In this document: positions 61,034 through 64,000 of the stretch, one piece after another
Position numbering within the stretch: position 1 is the first letter of the stretch
Layout of the letters: each line of letters opens with the position of its first letter
Origin: Candidatus Kaiserbacteria bacterium
GTDB lineage: Bacteria; Patescibacteriota; Minisyncoccia; Phycocordibacterales; UBA2100
Direction: 5' to 3'
Assembly: GCA_016432285.1 (NCBI GenBank)
Contig: CP066682.1
Location: forward strand, 439,072-503,071
DNA: 64,000 nucleotides
The notes under the pieces: generated by a model
What the model saw: only the letters and a program-made list of their open reading frames with translations
What the model was told of the DNA's origin: nothing
Database searches by the model: none
Made by a program: the position numbers and the translations under genes

Positions 61034-62134
61034 ATGTCGCTCAGCATCGGTATTGTAGGGCTCCCCAATGTGGGAAAGTCGACGCTTTTTAACGCGCTCA
61101 CGCGAAAGGGCGTGCTCATTGCCAACTACCCATTTGCCACGATCGACCCGTCGGTCGGAGTGGTCGCTGTGCCCGATCACCGACTCGACAAGCTCTCTGC
61201 CATGTCGAAATCAGAGAAAACGATTCCGGCGGCTGTGGAGTTCGTCGACATCGCCGGCCTCGTGAAAGGTGCCTCGGAGGGGGAGGGCCTGGGCAACCAG
61301 TTTCTTTCGCACATCCGCGAAGTGGACGCGATCGCAGAGGTGGTGCGTGTCTTCGACGACGAAGATATTCACCACGTGGCTGGCGACGTCGATCCTCGAT
61401 ACGACATTGAGGTGATCGATCTGGAGCTCGTGCAAGCCGATTTGCAGGGCGCTGAAAAGCGGCTCGAACGGGCCGAGCGCGACTCGAAGGGCGGAGAAAA
61501 AGAGATCGTTGCGGAGCGAGATATTTTGCGAAAAATCGTGCCCGTTTTGAAAGCCGGTAAGGCGGCGCGGTCCGCGCCGCTCTCGGCAGACGAATCAGCA
61601 CGCGCCAAAAAACTCAACCTTCTCACCATGAAGCCAATTCTCTATGTCCTCAACAGAAAGAGCGGCGCGGTCAATATAGACGCCGAAGGGGGAGAGAGGT
61701 GGCGGGAGTTGAAAAGTTTTCTCGAACAGAGCAACTCACAGTACGTCTTCGTGGATGCGGGAGTGGAGAACGATCTTTCAGACGTGCACACCGACGAGAA
61801 AGCGGACTTCCGGCGCGAGCTCGGTGTGTCAGATGACGGGCTCGATGGCTTGATTCGCGCGGGCTACACGCTTTTGGATTTGATTTCATTCTTTACGACT
61901 GGCGAAGACGAGAGCCGCGCGTGGACGATCAAACGCGGCTCCACTGCGCCCGAAGCCGGCGCTGCTATTCACAGCGACTTTCGCGACAAGTTCATCCGCG
62001 CGGAGACGATTCGCTGGGACGTGCTGCTTGCAGCCAGCTCGTGGGTGGGCGCGCGCGAAAAGGGACTGGTGCGAAGCGAGGGCAGGGAATACGTAGTGCA
62101 GGACGGCGACGTAATGGAGTTCAAACACTCCTAA
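61034..62134 (+). CDS. ychF: Obg-like ATPase YchF
   Basis: [34 protein letters not shown]. Confidence 0.97.
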   Translation: MSLSIGIVGLPNVGKSTLFNALTRKGVLIANYPFATIDPSVGVVAVPDHRLDKLSAMSKSEKTIPAAVEFVDIAGLVKGASEGEGLGNQFLSHIREVDAIAEVVRVFDDEDIHHVAGDVDPRYDIEVIDLELVQADLQGAEKRLERAERDSKGGEKEIVAERDILRKIVPVLKAGKAARSAPLSADESARAKKLNLLTMKPILYVLNRKSGAVNIDAEGGERWRELKSFLEQSNSQYVFVDAGVENDLSDVHTDEKADFRRELGVSDDGLDGLIRAGYTLLDLISFFTTGEDESRAWTIKRGSTAPEAGAAIHSDFRDKFIRAETIRWDVLLAASSWVGAREKGLVRSEGREYVVQDGDVMEFKHS

Positions 62135-62231
62135 CAAAATACGGCAGTCAGACTGCCGTATTTCGCGCGCGCGATACGCGGCGAAATGCACTCTTTGTCA
62201 AATCCGCGCAGAGACGCTACGATGCAGGCAT

Positions 62232-63146
62232 ATGGATACATCCAGGGTTACCCCAAAGGATTTCTTCCTCTGGGCAGGTGCGATGTTCGCTCTCTATGGG
62301 AGCGTCATCTCTCTTATCACGCTTCTCTTTCAGTACATTAATTATCTCTACCCCGACGCGCTCGATTACTACGTCGATCCCTTTTCGGGGGGCATTCGCT
62401 TCGCCATGGCGACGCTGATCGTGCTCGTGCCGGTCGCGCTCGTTTTGATGCGACTCATCCGCAACGATATCGTAAAGATTCCGCAGAAAGCAGAGCTCTG
62501 GGTGCGGCGCTGGGCGCTGGTGCTCACGGTATTCGTAGCCGGAGCTGCCGTCGTTGGAGACCTCATTACACTCGTCAACTACTTCCTCGGCGGAGAGATC
62601 ACTGTTCGTTTCATCCTGAAAGTGCTCGCGCTCCTTCTGGTAGCGGGCGGTGTGTTCCTGCACTTCCTTGCGGATTTGCGTGGCTACTGGGTGGCGAACC
62701 CGGGTCGTGCAAAAACGGTCGGAGTGGCTGCGGGCGTTGCCGTCCTGCTCACGATTCTCGCTGGCTTCCTGATCCTCGGCACGCCCGGCGAGGTGCGCCT
62801 CAAGCGGCTCGACGTGCAGAAGACGGAGGACCTCTCCAACATCCAGTGGCAGATCATCAACTACTGGCAACAGAAAGAAGCGCTCCCCGCGAGTCTCGTG
62901 GATCTTGAGGATCCGCTCGGCGGCCAAATGATTCCGACCGACCCGCAGACGGGAGAGGCATACGTCTACCGCAAGACAGCCGATCTCCAATTTTCGCTCT
63001 GCGCCACTTTCAACAGCGAGAGCACCGACCGAGGCACCGTGCGGCCGTACGATTCGCTTGAGGGCAACTGGAAACACGGAGTGGGGGAGGTGTGTTTCGA
63101 CCGAACCATCGATCCCGAGCGTTATCCGCCGTATCCGAAAAATTAG
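62232..63146 (+). CDS. DUF5671-like membrane protein with a pilin-like C-terminal domain
   Basis: TPKDFFL start, 5 TM segments, DL..IQ..I.NYW, DP.TG..Y.Y, LCATF. Confidence 0.72.
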   Translation: MDTSRVTPKDFFLWAGAMFALYGSVISLITLLFQYINYLYPDALDYYVDPFSGGIRFAMATLIVLVPVALVLMRLIRNDIVKIPQKAELWVRRWALVLTVFVAGAAVVGDLITLVNYFLGGEITVRFILKVLALLLVAGGVFLHFLADLRGYWVANPGRAKTVGVAAGVAVLLTILAGFLILGTPGEVRLKRLDVQKTEDLSNIQWQIINYWQQKEALPASLVDLEDPLGGQMIPTDPQTGEAYVYRKTADLQFSLCATFNSESTDRGTVRPYDSLEGNWKHGVGEVCFDRTIDPERYPPYPKN

Positions 63147-63154
63147 TTGCATGC

Positions 63155-63186
63155 GGCAGCGCGGGCGCTTAAGCGCCCGCGCTGCC
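63155..63186. repeat. 32-bp perfect palindrome
   Basis: ggcagcgcgggcgcttaagcgcccgcgctgcc. Confidence 0.7.
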
Positions 63187-63203
63187 TATGCTACGCTGTT
63201 GCG

Positions 63204-64000
63204 ATGAAGGCCTACGACCACACGCGAATCGAGAAGAAATGGCAGAAAGAGTGGGAAAACAAGGGGCTGTACAAGACCTCCGACACCGCGAAGGGCAAGG
63301 ATAATTTTTATCTCCTTACCGAGTTCCCGTACCCATCGGGCAATCTCCACGTAGGCCACTGGTACGCCTTTGCGGTGCCCGATATCCTCGCGCGGAAGCT
63401 TCGCATGGAAGGGAAGAATGTGCTCTACCCGATAGGCTTCGACGCCTTCGGCTTGCCGGCGGAGAACGCCGCCATCAAACACAAGCTCGATCCCGCGAAA
63501 TGGACGCGCGGCAACATTGAGTACATGAAAAAACAGATCCGCTCCATGGGCGCTTCCTTCGACTGGAGCAGGGAAGTGATTACCTGCGACCCCTCGTACT
63601 ACCGGTGGACGCAATGGCTCTTCCTCCAGTTTTTCAAAAAAGGGCTCGCGTATCGCAAAGAAACCGCGGTCAACTGGTGCCCCAAAGACAAAACCGTGCT
63701 CGCCAACGAGCAGGTCGTGGACGGCCGCTGCGAGCGCTGCGATAGCGAGGTGGTGCAGAAAATGATGCTCCAGTGGAATCTCAAGATCACCGATTATGCG
63801 GACCGGTTGATCGAGGACCTCACCGGTCTCGACTGGCCGCAACAGATCAAGGATTCGCAGCGCAACTGGATCGGCCGCTCCGAGGGGGCGGAGATCGATT
63901 TTCCACTCCGGCTTTCGCCAGAAAAAAAGTACACATACGTTTTGCTTCACGGCTTTACCGGGACACCGGACGCGCCACGCTTTTTGTACTGGAAGACAGA
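63204..64000 (+). CDS. leuS: leucyl-tRNA synthetase, 5' part (runs off the window)
   Basis: Own translation: MKAYDHTRIEKKWQ, FPYPSGNLHVGH (HIGH), GFDAFGLPAENAA, QRNWIGRSEG. Confidence 0.95.
   Translation, partial: MKAYDHTRIEKKWQKEWENKGLYKTSDTAKGKDNFYLLTEFPYPSGNLHVGHWYAFAVPDILARKLRMEGKNVLYPIGFDAFGLPAENAAIKHKLDPAKWTRGNIEYMKKQIRSMGASFDWSREVITCDPSYYRWTQWLFLQFFKKGLAYRKETAVNWCPKDKTVLANEQVVDGRCERCDSEVVQKMMLQWNLKITDYADRLIEDLTGLDWPQQIKDSQRNWIGRSEGAEIDFPLRLSPEKKYTYVLLHGFTGTPDAPRFLYWKT

Overview
High-GC bacterial chromosomal segment whose gene content and style suggest a Patescibacteria/CPR (Parcubacteria-like) genome; the taxonomy is my inference. The evidence is the SWIB protein, DUF5671, RNHCP protein, two mreB copies, short holB and atpC, and -10 boxes directly before start codons. 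The window is mostly housekeeping: ppsA, def/fmt, frr-rseP-proS-mreBC-PBP, greA, prs, guaA, mraZ-rsmH-ftsL-ftsI-murF, ahcY, a complete F1Fo ATP synthase operon, ychF and the start of leuS. It also has eight tRNA genes and several secreted or surface proteins. The most notable non-coding features are: (1) a tRNA-Asn(GTT) split by a 205-nt group I intron inside the anticodon; (2) six related short structured elements found only next to tRNA 3' ends, with an X...X'-core-X architecture, one interrupting a degenerate tRNA-Glu copy; (3) several REP/MITE-like palindromes plus a frameshifted RAYT-type transposase remnant; (4) small low-GC islets at tRNA 3' ends. Protein-level oddities include an AT-rich mosaic patch in proS, a Nudix/RdgB cassette inside the atp operon, a probable hydrolase insertion in LeuRS, a divergent PII protein and an orphan Flp pilin. 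All calls come from reading the sequence; no database searches were run.
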